Assembly (NCBI RefSeq): GCF_030028105.1 | Contig: NC_092389.1 | Span: 56,917,241 to 56,981,240, forward strand | Direction: 5' to 3' | DNA length: 64,000 nt | Origin: Mobula birostris | Lineage: Eukaryota | Shown: in pieces, positions 23,521 to 36,059 of the stretch | Layout of the letters: each line of letters starts with the position of its first letter | How positions within the stretch are numbered: position 1 is the first letter of the stretch | Notes under the pieces: model-generated | The model's database searches: none | Seen by the model: only the letters and a program-made list of their open reading frames with translations | Told to the model about the DNA's origin: nothing | Program-made: the position numbers and the translations under genes

Positions 23521-25125
23521 TGATGACACAGAGGTCGGGGGTGTTGTGGGTAGTCTGGAGGGTTGTCAGAGATCACAGCGGGAAATGGATAGGATGCAGA
23601 ACTGGGCTGAGAAGTGGCAGATGGAGTTCAACACAGATACGTGTGAAGTGGTTCATTTCGACAGGTCAATTTTGAACACAGAATATAACATTAATGTTAA
23701 GACTGTTGGCAGTGTGGAGGGTCAGAGAGATCTTGGGATCCGTGTCCATACGACACTCAAAGCTGCTGCGCAGGTTGGCAGTGTTGTTCAGAAGGCGTCT
23801 GGTGTGATGGCCAACATCAGCCGTGGGATTGAGTTGAAGAGCTGTGAGGGAATGTTGTAGCTATATTAGGAGACATTTAGTCCCCACTTGCAGTACTGTG
23901 TTCAACTCTGGTCACCTCACTACAAAAAGAATGTGGATATGAAAGAGGGAGTGAAATGACTAACACGAGGGGGACATAGTTTTAAGGCGCTTGGAAGTCG
24001 GTACAAGGGGGATGTTAGGGGTAAGTTTTTCACACAGAGAGTGGACGGTGTGTGGAATGCACTGCCAGTGACTGTGGTAGACACAGATACAATGGGATAT
24101 TGTAAGAGACTCTTAGATAGGTACATGGAGCTTAGAAAAATAGACGGCTATACGATAGGGAAATCCTGGACAGTTTCTAGAGTAGGTTACATGATGGACA
24201 CAACATTGTGGGCTGAAGGGACTGTAATGTGCTGTAGATTTCTATGTTCTGTGTCAAAGGCAGGCAGAGGGATTAGTTTAAATGGACACCAGGACAGCAT
24301 GCAAAAGTTGGGCCGAAGGGCCTGTGTCAGGCCGTAAGGGAGGGGCTCTGTCCCAAACATCGACTCTATTCCATTCAATAGATGCTGCCGGACTTGCCAA
24401 AATTCTTGAAAAGTTGCATTCAGTTCTGCTTAGCATTCTGTACAAAGGGTGTTTTGTGCTGGAAGACTGCAGAGGAGATTCATCATGATTGAGGGGGTTT
24501 GTGTCCATAAGACCATAAATCATAAGAGCAGAATTAGGCCATTCAGCCCATTGAGTCTGCTGACTTTCTGTCATGGCTGATCCCGGATCGCACTCAATTC
24601 CATACACCTGACCTCTCGCCATATCCTTTGATGCCCTGACCGATCAGGAAACAATCAACTTCTGCCTTAAATATACCCACAGACTTGGCCTCTACCGCAG
24701 TCTTTCACGGAGCATTCCAAACATCCAATACTCCCTGGCTAATAAAAAAAATAATCCTCCTTACTTCTGTTTAAAAAGGTGGCCCCTCAACTTTGTGGAT
24801 GCGCCCTCTAGATCTTGATAGCCCCACTATTGGAAATATCCTCTCTGCATCCACCTTATCTGGTTCTTTCAGCATTCAGCAGGTTTCTATGAGATTCCCT
24901 CTGCATTCTTCAGAATTCCAGGGTGTACGTGCTCAAAGTTGACAAATGTTCCTCATATGTTAACTCCTTCATTCCCTAAATCATCCTTCTGAACCTCCTT
25001 TGTACTCTCTCCAATGACAACTCATCCTGTCCGAGATATGGGGCCCAACACTGTTGACAATACTCCTGGTGTGACCTGACTATCGTCTCATAAAGGCTCA
25101 GCATTATCCCCTTACGGTTATATTC
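23520..25125. mobile_element. CR1 3' fragments: (+) ~23520-24250 and (-) ~24505-25125
   Basis: WAEKWQMEFN..CEVVHF, 'VWNALP', and (ctatgtt)/(ccataaga) tails. Confidence 0.85.
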
Positions 25126-25599
25126 ATGGGGCAGGATTGGACAGTATCGATCTACAGAGGGAGCTTGGAATCCGAGCTCACTACTCCAGATACTGGTTCC
25201 AGTGTCAGGCAGTTATGTTGCATCTGGAGAATTGCATTCCAATGTCGGAATAATGCAGAGGTTTTGGATGGTGAGTGGAAGAGGCTAAACAGGATGCTGC
25301 TCGGATAAAGTGAGACTGGACAATCTCAGGTAATCTCCGGCAGAGGCTGAGGGAGGTCTGACAGGCTTTTGCAGGATCGTGGGAGGCACAGACGGAGTGG
25401 ATGTGTTCCTTGTGTAGGCAGAGAGATTGGTTTGATAACGCATGAAATGTCCGGTTCAGTTGGTTCAGAACAACACAAGGAGCAGAAGGGCCTGTTATGG
25501 ACAAGTACAGCAAGCAGAGCAGGTAAACTGGATAAAGTGTTCCCAGTCAGAGCACAGACTGTGATGTCAGTGGATATGCCAGCATCACAGTTCTCCCAC

Positions 25600-28080
25600 C
25601 AAAGATACTTTACTGCCGGATAAAATGAAGTTTGTGATGTTTATAACCGATGTGGTGAATTGTACTGCTCAGGCATCCCATCCTACTCAGTAAATTAAAA
25701 TTATTGTGAAAGCTGCAGAAAGGTATCTTGGTGTAACTGATGTTTTGTGGGAAGCTTTAAATGAAGATTTGTTAGGTGGGGTATCTGTATCCCAGTCTAC
25801 CTGTGAACATGCATAATAGGACTAAAATATTGCAATGAAATGTGAGAACTCTGATTTACAGTGGTCAAGACTTTAAGAAGTTTACTTCTCATTTGTCAGA
25901 TTTTTCCGATGTTATATCTGTTCAGGAAACCTGCACATTTTAAGTTTTTTTTACTCCTGTGCATGATTATATTGTCATTCGGCCTGACAGGTTAGTTGGC
26001 AGAGGGGTGGTGTTGCCAGTTTTATAAGGAAAAGGGCAGGGTATAGAGTTATGAATGGGAACAAAATGCATGAGGAACTTGTAGAAGAAATTCTGGATTC
26101 AACAGGTATGTATCAGATTTCCTTTTTTTGAAAATATTAACATTTTGAATCATATTTTGAGGTTTGGCCATCTAATTTCCTCATGGAAAATGGTTGTAGT
26201 AGTGCCCATTCTAATACCTGGAGCTCCCCGTCTGATCCTCCTTGTTATAGGCCAATATCAATAATGTCTCCTTTATGTAAACGTGTGGAATGTATGGTAA
26301 TCGAGTGTTTAAAAACATAGAAACATAGAAAACCTACAGCACAATACAGGCCTTTCCACCCTCAAAGTTGTGCCGAACATGTTCCTACCTTAGAAATTAC
26401 TAGGCTTACCCATAGCCCTCTATTTTTCTAAGCTCCATGTACCATTATATTTTTGATAAAAGAGATGATTTCACATTTTATCAGAGGGGAATTCGGAAGG
26501 GGAGAATAACATTGGAATTAGTTTTAGGTTTGGAAGATCATATTAGGCAAGCACAGTTAAATAAAGGTGTTGTAATAGCAATAGTTTTTGATCTTGAAAA
26601 TGCAAATGATATTTATTGAAGGACAGACTTTTTGATTAATATTTGGAAATGCAATTGAGGGGTCTATTGTACATTTTTTTTCTAATTGTTTTTATTTGGA
26701 CGTCTTACATAGAAACACAGAAAACCTACCGCACAATACAGGCCCTTCGGCCCACAAAGTTGTGCCGGACAAGTCCCTACCTTAGAAATTACTAGACTTC
26801 CCCATAGCTCTCTATTTCTCTAAACTCCATGTACCTATCCAAAAGTCTCTTAAAAGACCCTATCGTATCCGCATCCACCACCGTTGCCGGCAGCCCATTC
26901 CACGCACTCACCATTCTCTGAGTAAAAAACTTACCCCCGACATCTCCTCTGTACCTACTCCGTAGCACATTAAACCTGTGCCCTCTTGTGGCAGCAATTT
27001 CAGCCCTGGGAAAAAGCCTCCGACTAGCCACACGATCAATGCCCCTCATCATCTTACACACCTCTATCAGGTCACTTCTCATCCTCCGTCGCTCCAAGGA
27101 GAAAAGGCCGAGTTCACTTAACCTGTTTTCATAAGGCACGCTCCCCAATGCAGGCAACATCATTGTAAATCTACTCCGCAACCTTTCTATGGTTTCCACA
27201 TCCTTTCTGTAGTGAGGCGAGCAGAACTGAGCACTGTACTCCAAGTGGGGTCTGACCAGTGTCCTATGTAGCTGCAACATTACCTCTCGGCTCCTAAATT
27301 CTGTTGATGAAGGAGAATACACCGTATACCTTCTTAACAACAGAGTCAACCTGCGCAGCTGCCTTGTGTGTCCTATGGACTCGGACCCCAAGATCCCAAT
27401 GATCCTCCACACTGCCAAGAGTCTGACTATGAATACTATATTCTGCCATCATATTTGACCTACCAAAATGAACCACCTCACACTTATCTAGGTTCAACTC
27501 CATCTTCCACTTCTCAGCCCAGTTTTACATCCTATCAATGTCCTGCTGTAACCTCTGATAGTCTTGTAAAGGTATGGGTGGGAAAGTACGACATTGAATT
27601 CATTTTTTATGTTTGGAAGATGATATTAGGAAAGGACAGTTAAATATAGATGACGTAACAGCTGTATTTTTACTATTCAAAAGGCAGATGGTATTTATGG
27701 AAGGAAAGACTTGTTATGAAATTGTGGAAATGAGGATGGGGGCGATTATCTAACTTTTTCTAAGTTTTTTAAAAATTGTATGTCTTGTGTCAGGTACGGG
27801 TGTGCAAGTTATATTCAGGATGTTATGAGATAGAAATTGGGATCCCACAAGGCAGTATTTAATATTTCATGTTTTACTTAATAATATTTTTTATGAGATA
27901 GGTAAATCACTATATGCAGATGATGGAGGTTTATGGATTCGAGGTAGCAATTTCAATTTCACTTTATATAGGATGCACTAGCAATTAATAAGGTGGAAAA
28001 GTCGGCAAATAGATGAGATTTAAGTTTTCGGTAGCTACAAGACAATTTATGTGTTTTACAAACAGAATTAATGGACCTCC
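25600..28080 (+). mobile_element. Old Nimb/I-like LINE fragments (+) with nested CR1 3' ends (-) at ~26315-26440 and ~26708-27560
   Basis: QRGIRKGR..LEDHIRQAQLNKGVVIAIVFDLENA (RT domains 2-3) and 'tatgcagatgat' (YADD) at ~27913. CR1 ORF 26792-27418 (-). Confidence 0.7.
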
Positions 28081-28084
28081 ACTT

Positions 28085-28460
28085 GATTTCACGTGTATTT
28101 GACCTCCACGTGTATTGCTATTGTCCTGCTGATCTAAGGCTGAGTGGAGACGATCGGCGATCGGCAAATTGCAGTGGGTCCAGGTCTATGCAGAGGTTGG
28201 AGCTGATTACAGCCATGACCAACTCCTCAAATCGCTTCTTCACAGTAGATGTGAGCACCATCGGCTGTTTTAACAGAATGCATTCTGTGCAGAAACTAGT
28301 CGTGTGGTTAAGGCAGCCACCGGAAACGCTGCAGAGAGTTGTGAACAAGTTCAGTGCATCATGCAAACCATGGACACTGTTTACACATCTCTCTGCCTCA
28401 ATAAAACAGTCCATATTATCAAAGACCCCACACACGTTGAACATTCTGACTTCCTGAGAG
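28085..28460. mobile_element. Rex1-like fragments in both orientations
   Basis: Minus strand LTSTVKKRFEELV..LDPLQFA; plus strand LQRVVN..IIKDPTH. Confidence 0.55.
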
Positions 28461-28648
28461 ATGGGCAAATAACTTCACAATCTACCTCACGCAGTGTTGT
28501 GATTAATTGGTCTGTATGATTTGTTAATTTAATTAATTGTCCCCCTACATTTCACGAAACCGCACTCCCAGTCTCGAGGTGTTGAATTGATCTTTATGGA
28601 GGGGATGTAAATCAAAAGTTATCACTGTGCCTTGATTCACTGAAAGCA

Positions 28649-28785
28649 NNNNNNNNNNNNNNNNNNNNNNNNNNNNNNNNNNNNNNNNNNNNNNNNNNNN
28701 NNNNNNNNNNNNNNNNNNNNNNNNNNNNNNNNNNNNNNNNNNNNNNNNNNNNNNNNNNNNNNNNNNNNNNNNNNNNNNNNNNNNN
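28649..28785. other. Assembly gap (N run)
   Basis: 137 Ns. Confidence 0.99.
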
Positions 28786-28919
28786 ACACTAAATGGAAAC
28801 AAACAGGCCTCTCCCTGAAACCACAAGCCTTTATCTTCTGAGAAAACATTGAATCTTTCCAACCAGCGAGAAATTATACGACATCTGTAATCCACTGTGC
28901 GTGTGAAACAGTCATCACG

Positions 28920-29400
28920 GTGCGGGGTGGGGGAGCGGTGGTGGTTTGGACGGGTGGGTGGCGGAGACAGCAAGCTACAGGAAAGGGGGAATTGGGGAGA
29001 AAGGGAGAGGCAGCGAAAGGCTGGGCATAATGGAGTAAGAGACAATAAGGGAAAGATGCAGGGCAGTGACTGTGTAGGGAAGAATGTGTGGAGAAAGATT
29101 GGGAGAGTGTGAAAGGGAACGGATGAGGAAAAGAGAGGAGATAGAGAAATTGAGGAAATATATGTGTATAGACAGAGAAAGATAAGAGAGATAGGGGAGA
29201 CAGAGAGAGAGAAAGAGAAGGAGAAAGGGGGGTGGAGAGAGAGCGGGGGGGACTGTGGAGGAGAATGGAGATCGTGGGAAGGAGATTGGAAGAGCGTAAG
29301 GAGAAGTGAGGAAAGAAAGAGAAAGGGGGGAGTGAAAGAAGCGGGGCCCCGGACACGGGACAGGGGTCTCAGAGCTGTAGTGGTAGCATGATTGAGAGAG
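28920..29400. repeat. Purine-rich (GA) low-complexity tract
   Basis: Strong G/A strand bias with no coding signature. Confidence 0.7.
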
Positions 29401-29609
29401 GAGTTGGCAAGCAGACCCGAGGTATCCCCAGTAGTGTTAGGGTTTAGGTGAGGGTGTACAGAGGTCTCGGAGGATTAGGAAGCTCCCAGATATGTTGGCC
29501 TATGTCGTGCCCGTGGACGGGCGGAAGGTCTACTGTTCGGGGAGCAATGTCACTCTGTGTATCTGGATGGGTTTTTGTGTCTGTAGGATTGGTTGGCGAG
29601 TTATTTAGA

Positions 29610-31777
29610 AGTCATGACAACATGACTTTATTTGGTGGGGGGAGAGTGTAAGAGGTTTCTTCTTTTATGTTACTGCATAGGCTAATTAAAATGGCTTCTT
29701 TGTTATGATATAACTGAAATGGCTCCTTTGTTATGTTAACTGCTGTCATCACGGATCACTACACTAGGTATGATCAGGCGTTTCCCAGTAAGGACCAGAA
29801 AGCGTCTACAGTGGCGAAGGTATTATGGGAGAGGTATTTTGTTCATTATGGCCTCCTCAAACGACTACATAGTGATCAGGGACGGGACTTGGAGAGCAGG
29901 TTTATCCATGAATTACTGGATATGCTTGGGGTTGAGAAATCCAGAACCACCCCCTATCACCCACAGGGTGATCCTCAGCCCGAGAGGTTTAACCAGACCC
30001 TGCTGGACATGCTCGGCACTTTGGAGATTGGATAGAAGAGTAAGTGGAGTCAGCACATCGGGCATTTGGTTCACTGTTACAATTGTACCCGCAATGACAC
30101 TATGGGGTACTCGCCTTATTTTCTGATGTTCGCGCGGGAAGCGATGTTGCCCACTGACCTTTGTTTTGGGACTGAAGCAGGTGAATTACCTATGAAGCCC
30201 TACGTGAAGTATGTATCCGATATGAGGAGGGAGTTGAAAAGGGCGTATGAGTTGGCTGAGCGGCGGCCACCAAGCAGAATCAAGGGAATAAGAGGAGGTA
30301 TGATCAGAAAGTGAAGTTCACCCAACTTATGCCGGGAGACCGTGTCTTCATACGGAATTTATGACTACCTGGTAAGCACAAGTTAGCCGATCGCTGGGCG
30401 GCCACCCCCTATGTGGTAGACAGTCAGATGCCGAACCGACCTGTTTACCGGGTGAGACCAGAGGATGGGAATGGGCTTATACTGTTTTTTCATCGCAACC
30501 ATCTGTTGCCCCGGGACAGGAGGTGCAGGTGGACCCAGCGCCCGATATCGAGCCTGTGCCTAGTACGAGGACTCTACGGAGCCGCAGGGTGACGGGGCAG
30601 CCCACTTCGGGGAAGGCTGAACCATGCCTGGCCCCGAAGAGGGATACTGATTTGGAAGATGATAATTCGGATGTGTGGTACCTGCTTCCGTTCGTTAAAT
30701 CCCCGGTACCGGAAGAAGAGGCTCCTGACCCTTCCCTTACTGAGTTAGGTGACAGGACGGAGAGTGTTGGGGGGCTGCCTGGGATACAGCCGGCTTTGCA
30801 AGGAGAGAGGGTGGAACCAGAGCCCGAGACAGAGAGCTCCGAGTTGCTGAGGGGTCCCAGTGAGTGAGCGGGCAAGGGTTCGACAGGTAGACCCGGGGTG
30901 TCTCCAGTGGTTTCTGAGCCGGAAGCGTCACCAGAGGAGGTACGGAGGTCTCAGAGAAGTAGGAACCCTCCGGAGAAGTTGACCTATATAGCGCCAGGAG
31001 AACCGGGTGTGATCTCTACCGCCCTGGGAAGTTTTGTCACTGCTTTATGCACCTGGGTTGGATTTTGTGTTTTGCAAGGAGGATTGGTGAACTCCTTTAA
31101 TGTCATGAGGACATGACTTTATTTGGTGGGGAGAGAGTGTAGGGGGTTTCTTCTTTTATGTTACTGCGAAGGCTAACAAAATGGCTTCTTTGTTATGTCA
31201 TAATATAAAAATGGCTGTTCTGCAATAATAACTGCGATGTGAGGAGTTCTCTCTCTCTCTGCTTGTTTGGGTTATATTATCGATAAGAGAGCCAACGAAC
31301 CAATGAGTGTCCATGTTATTCTTTTTGTGGGTGATATTCTGTCTCATATGGCTGGGAACCGTATGGTTTGGCGGGCTTTTCAGGAGGAGACCCGGAGAAG
31401 ATGGACGTGCTGGACGCGCTCTGGTCGACCACCGTGGTTGGTCCCGAGCGGCGAGTCGAGGGGGTCGGAGGAAATTAGCCTGGCCGGAAAGAGGACCCCA
31501 CTAATTGAGCTCCAACGGTTGTTCACGAAGTGGTTGAACTCTGATAAGATGCGCCTCTTACATTCCCTTTTTAAATTGTGTCTCTATTAATTGCATAGTT
31601 CCAGTGAGATTTATCAGGTGTAATCTGTAAATTGTACATGGTGTGCTGTCCGATATTTGAAGTGTGAGTTTGTACCAGGTGACATTACACAGTAACTACG
31701 CAAACCGTGAGACACGGTTGGGCGGACGGACGTGGGTTTCCGCGAGATAAACACGAATCGATAGCCTGAGTGTTACA
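29610..31777 (+). mobile_element. Gypsy LTR retrotransposon 3' part (integrase, PPT, LTR 31138-31777), preceded by a duplicated PPT/LTR stub
   Basis: VITDHYTRY.QAFP.KDQKASTVAKVLWE..LHSDQGRD.ES..TTPYHPQGD.QPERFN. PPT 'tggtggggagagag' precedes TGT..ACA. The same PPT and LTR start also occur at 29612-29740. Confidence 0.9.
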
Positions 31778-31869
31778 CGCTTATCAAATCAGAAGTTCAA
31801 GCTTTGCTTATGGAGGCTTATGGAAAGCATTGTGAGATAAGTGAGATTTGAATGTGCTCAGGGACTTAT

Positions 31870-32010
31870 ACTGCACACAGATTTGGTGGTGCACATGGAT
31901 TTTTGGGTTCACTCTGATCTGGGGTGCAGGCAGATTTGGGGTTTACACTTGGAGTTTGCGGTACACGCAGACTTGGGGTTGCACATAGATTTGGGGTTGC
32001 ATGCGGATTT
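31870..32010. repeat. Degenerate 18-bp tandem repeat
   Basis: About 8 copies of a 'cacagatttggggttgca'-like unit. Confidence 0.75.
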
Positions 32011-32846
32011 GGAGATATGCAGTGTCGGTGCTGCCCACGGATCTTAAGGTACACATAGATTTAAGGTGGAAACGGGTCTCGGCAGTGTCGGCGTATTTCA
32101 GAGAAGGGGCTGTAAAGTAAGTGTATATGTTGGCATCACAGTTCTCCTACTGAAGATATTTTGCTGGTTCTGTAAAATGAAGCTTGTGATGTTTATAATG
32201 GTGAATTGTGCTGCTCAGACATCTAGTCGTATAAAGGAAATTAAAATTATTGTGAAAGCTGCAGAAAGTTATCTTGGTGTAACAGGTGTTATGTGGGATG
32301 CTAAAATAAAAAGTAAGTAGTGTTTTATTTCCAAGTTCTCTGCATCACACTTCAGTCCAGATACTGGAGGGAACACTCCTTGAAGTTGGAGAGTCAATCG
32401 CCATCTCTTCATACGTCGACATATTTCTTCATGTTAGCCAATCATTCAAGGGGAAAGCGCAGACTGGTGTGATTGACATTCAATTGTCCCACCACCATCA
32501 TACTAGCTCCTCGCCTCCCTCTGGGTCGTCGAATTGTGAGGTTGGTGGGCGTGAATGGGGATATATGGACATAGCCGGAGATCAATGGGTCGGCGGCATT
32601 CCATGAGTAGTTCTTTGACTGAAATCTGTCTGAGCCAATGAGGTAGAGTCGTCAGGACGGTGTTTTGCCACCGCGCCCCCCCCCCCCCACACACACACAC
32701 ACTGGCCTAATGTCGCGGAGCAGCCGGCCAATGGGAGAATCCACCAGGGAATAACACCTGGAAGGCCAGGCGGTGAATGTGAAATGCTGGATCCCGGCTT
32801 CGAGACACTGTGGCTGCCGTTGGCTTGTGCTCAGGACTCGGCTTTA

Positions 32847-33742
32847 TCAACGAATGAATCGAAGCATCGAGATGAGCGGATAATTCACCGCACTGATCAC
32901 CTGCTCCCTGAATTTCGATTGAGTCACCGCGTAAATAAATGTGTTCGTGCAGCAGCTGAAATCCCTCAACAAAAAACCGACGTTGTGAAAGATCCATTCA
33001 GAATCATTGAAATCGTGTCCTTTTCCTGTGACCTGATAAAATATGAAATTAATAACATTTGTCATCCACAGGAAGATGAAGTTGCCGGAGAGGGTGAAGA
33101 GTAAAACCACAGACCTCCTCCTGCTCTCCATCTCCGGGTCACTGCGGTTCTCCCCGTTGTTTTGACCCTTCAGCCCCTTACGGACCCGACTGGCCACTAA
33201 AATGTGTCTGACTGTCAGAGCGTTGAGCAGCAGGATCCCAGCGAAAGGGAGGAACGGAGTTAAAATTCTATCGAGCCAGTCGTACCCTATCCATCCTGGG
33301 TCAGTGAAATAATCTTCCATGTAGGTGCAGAGCCACGGTGCATTGTCGCTGATCTCTCTGGATTCCCGTGTGAAGTATCGAGGAATATTTTTCAGACAGA
33401 ACAGTACGCCGGTTGCTGTTAGAACTACAGCCGCATTTTTCCCGGTGCAATAATTTGTTTTCAGATTCTGGCAGCAAATGGCGACAAACCGATCAAAGGT
33501 GAACGTGACCGTGAACCAGACAGAACAGTCTGTAGCTGTGTACCTCAGCACATCGATAACACTGCACACAGGGGTGATGCTCAGAAAATTCCACAGAAAG
33601 TAATACCATTTGATCCGATACAAAATGACCCCGGTGACAATGGTCAGTAGATCGGCCGCTGCCATGGCCACCAGGTAGCGAGTGGTGCAGGTAGAGAGGC
33701 CGCAGTTTCCCCGGGACAGGATCACAATCGCCACTAAATTCA
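32847..33742 (-). CDS. GPR139/GPR142-like class A GPCR, paralogue A, exon 2
   Basis: ctag|TG-N-L-V..; YLVAMAAADLL (TM2), SVWFTVTFTFDRFVAIC (TM3), ECL2 Cys, CCTNTFIY..QSKFR (TM7/H8). Open to the stop codon; 323 aa with exon 1. Confidence 0.92.
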
Positions 33743-34504
33743 CTAGAGGGAGGGGGGGGCGAGAGAGAACAGAGAGAGAACAGAACAGACACTGGGCATT
33801 AATGATCACATTCTCTGGGTATTAACAAAGGATCGGGTTTCAGTTAAAGATCACGAGTGCGAGAGTCTGTGAACGGCTGCTAATATAACAGACACGCGTC
33901 ATACTGTCTTTTTTTCACTTTGGAAATAAGACGATGTGTGGGGAATTGTCGGGGATAAAATCGAGCTACATGAACAACAGCAATCGGTGCTCATCCCGAT
34001 TCCAGTCGCGGATGGGGCTGGTTTCACTGATTTGACCGTGACCGACCAGGCCTCCGGAATCTCAGTACCCAACGGGGCCGAGGAGCAATGCAGAGAGTGG
34101 TAACAAACATAAAACACTAACGAAGTCGGTAGGTCAGACAGCCTTCATGAAATTGAGCAATCTCTCGTTTCAGGACGAGACGCTTCTTCAGGATGAAGCG
34201 GTGTCCCAATTTACGAAGCGCCTCGGAGGAAGTGCAGGGACAACTCAGTAACCAGAGGCTGAGCGGCTGCTTTAATGCATTAATTCTACAGTGCAGTTTA
34301 TTTCCATAACACACGTCAGCAGAACCGTGGATACTGCTTCAGGTGATCAGACCCAATTTACTGACCAACATGCGGGGGATCCGACAGTGAGAGACTTCAC
34401 GGGGAGACATGAGACACAGGACCAGGTGTTCTTTCTGATCAATAACTCAGAAAGTGTGAACTTGGCAATTTAAACCTCTCCTGGTCCCCCTACGGCGAGA
34501 ACAG

Positions 34505-34830
34505 GCTGACCCCAGCACTGGGACAACTCTGTGCAAAATCCCATTAAAACCCGCCAAGTCACCCCTTCCCGGAGAGCTGCCTGTCCCCAGCACTGGGACA
34601 ACTCTGTGCAAAATCCCATTAAAACCCGCCAAGTCACCCCTTCCCGGAGAGCTGCCTGTCCCCAGCGCTGGGACAACTCTGTGCAAAATCCCATTAAAAC
34701 CCGCCAAGTCACCCTTTCCCGGAGAGCTGCCTGTCCCCTGCACTGGGACAACTCTGTGCAAAATCCCATTAAAACCCGCCAAGTCACCCCTTCCCGGAGA
34801 GCTGCCTGTCCCCTGCACTGGGACGACTCT
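34505..34830. repeat. Intronic minisatellite, ~4.3 x 75 bp, near-perfect
   Basis: Unit 'ccccagcactgggacaactctgtgcaaaatcccattaaaacccgccaagtcaccccttcccggagagctgcctgt'. Confidence 0.95.
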
Positions 34831-35078
34831 TGAGAAGGCGTCATGAATGGCAGTCACAACGCTGCAGTTAATTCCTTGAGTTAGAAAAGAGTCCCAGGTT
34901 TAGCCTCGTTTCCGATTAAATATAGAAAAGAAATCAGAATGTTGAATTGATGGAATGGATACCACTGACGGATATTTGTGCAACGAACATCAAGTTGGAA
35001 GTTTGTAAACTGATCATAAACAGGTTCACACCGGTTAACACACAGAAATACGGAACACGAATTGCTCTCCTCACTCAC

Positions 35079-35154
35079 CAGTTACTCCAAGGACCGCAAT
35101 GAATACGAAGGATATTTTCTCCACACTCTCGTACCTCTCCCACGTTGCAGACAT
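35079..35154 (-). CDS. GPR139-like paralogue A, exon 1 (76 bp)
   Basis: MSATWERYESVEKISFVFIAVLGVT-G|gtgagt; phase 1 matches exon 2; homologous to paralogue B exon 1. Confidence 0.88.
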
Positions 35155-35330
35155 GTTCTGTGTCCAGCGATTCCCCCAGCACCCCGTGCTACAGGGGATC
35201 TCGGAATGAAGCGTTGAAGCACCACCTGCCTGAGATATTAATACTATTAGCGACTGCCCAGGGACAGATTTGAAGAGTTTTAAAAATAAAGATGTTTAAA
35301 TTATTTACACACCGATTGCGTCAGACAAAT
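35155..35330 (-). promoter_or_regulatory. Conserved upstream block of GPCR A
   Basis: Alignable with 55800-55977 (+) and 48124-48292 (-). O/E-like TCCCTGGGCAG at 35254-35264 (-). Confidence 0.65.
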
Positions 35331-36059
35331 GAAATCCCCGCGGTGTCAGATTAATTTAGTGCATTAAATTTCAGATCATTTGTGGAAGTTAGATTGTACC
35401 AGCAAAGCTATCTGAACCTTTCGAGGTATCTTATCAATTAATTGTGCTTCCAATGTAAATATGTGCTTCAAAGGAACCATTTGTCAGACACAGAATATTG
35501 AAGTATGTCATTGTAGCTTGTGAAATTACATTGAATCTCCAACTGTCACCATTTTCCTCAGGAATATAATCTCTTGATGCAGTTTGTGCGAGGGAGGTTC
35601 TACCAAGAAAGTCTATAAGAAAATGCCTGTTTATGCTGATGAATAAACACTTTCATATCCATTAAACACTCCAATTTCTTCAGTGAGTTGGTCGTGGGCT
35701 GAACTTTTGGGAACTTGTACACGACCCAGCCCTAAACCTAACATATGGGCATCAAACCCAGCAGTCGAGTGAGGGGTGAAAGAACACGGATTGCGAGTGG
35801 TGGTGGGGGAGGGGGAGACGGGGGTTTTGAGAGCTGGGATCAGGGGGGGGAGCGGGGAGACTGGTGGTGTGTGTGCAATCGCTTTGAAGGTGCCCATGGT
35901 CGTTGGAGCCCGCATTGATGGCGCTGGAATCAAAGCGATTGCGCAACCACCGACTGCGACTCCAGCCTTGAACTCCGTGCTGCTGCTGAGACTCCCGCCT
36001 CCCCTCCCCCCACCACCACTCTGCAACCCCGTCTCTCTCACATCTCATCATCTACAGTC

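Noticed and set aside
32847-33809. Single-exon start for the GPCRs as given by the ORF track (also 57317)
   Set aside because: The N-terminal extensions are polypyrimidine acceptor tracts. The true 76-bp first exons that complete TM1 lie upstream.
34447-34857. Repetitive ORFs in several frames
   Set aside because: Artefacts of a 75-bp (multiple of 3) minisatellite in the GPCR A intron.
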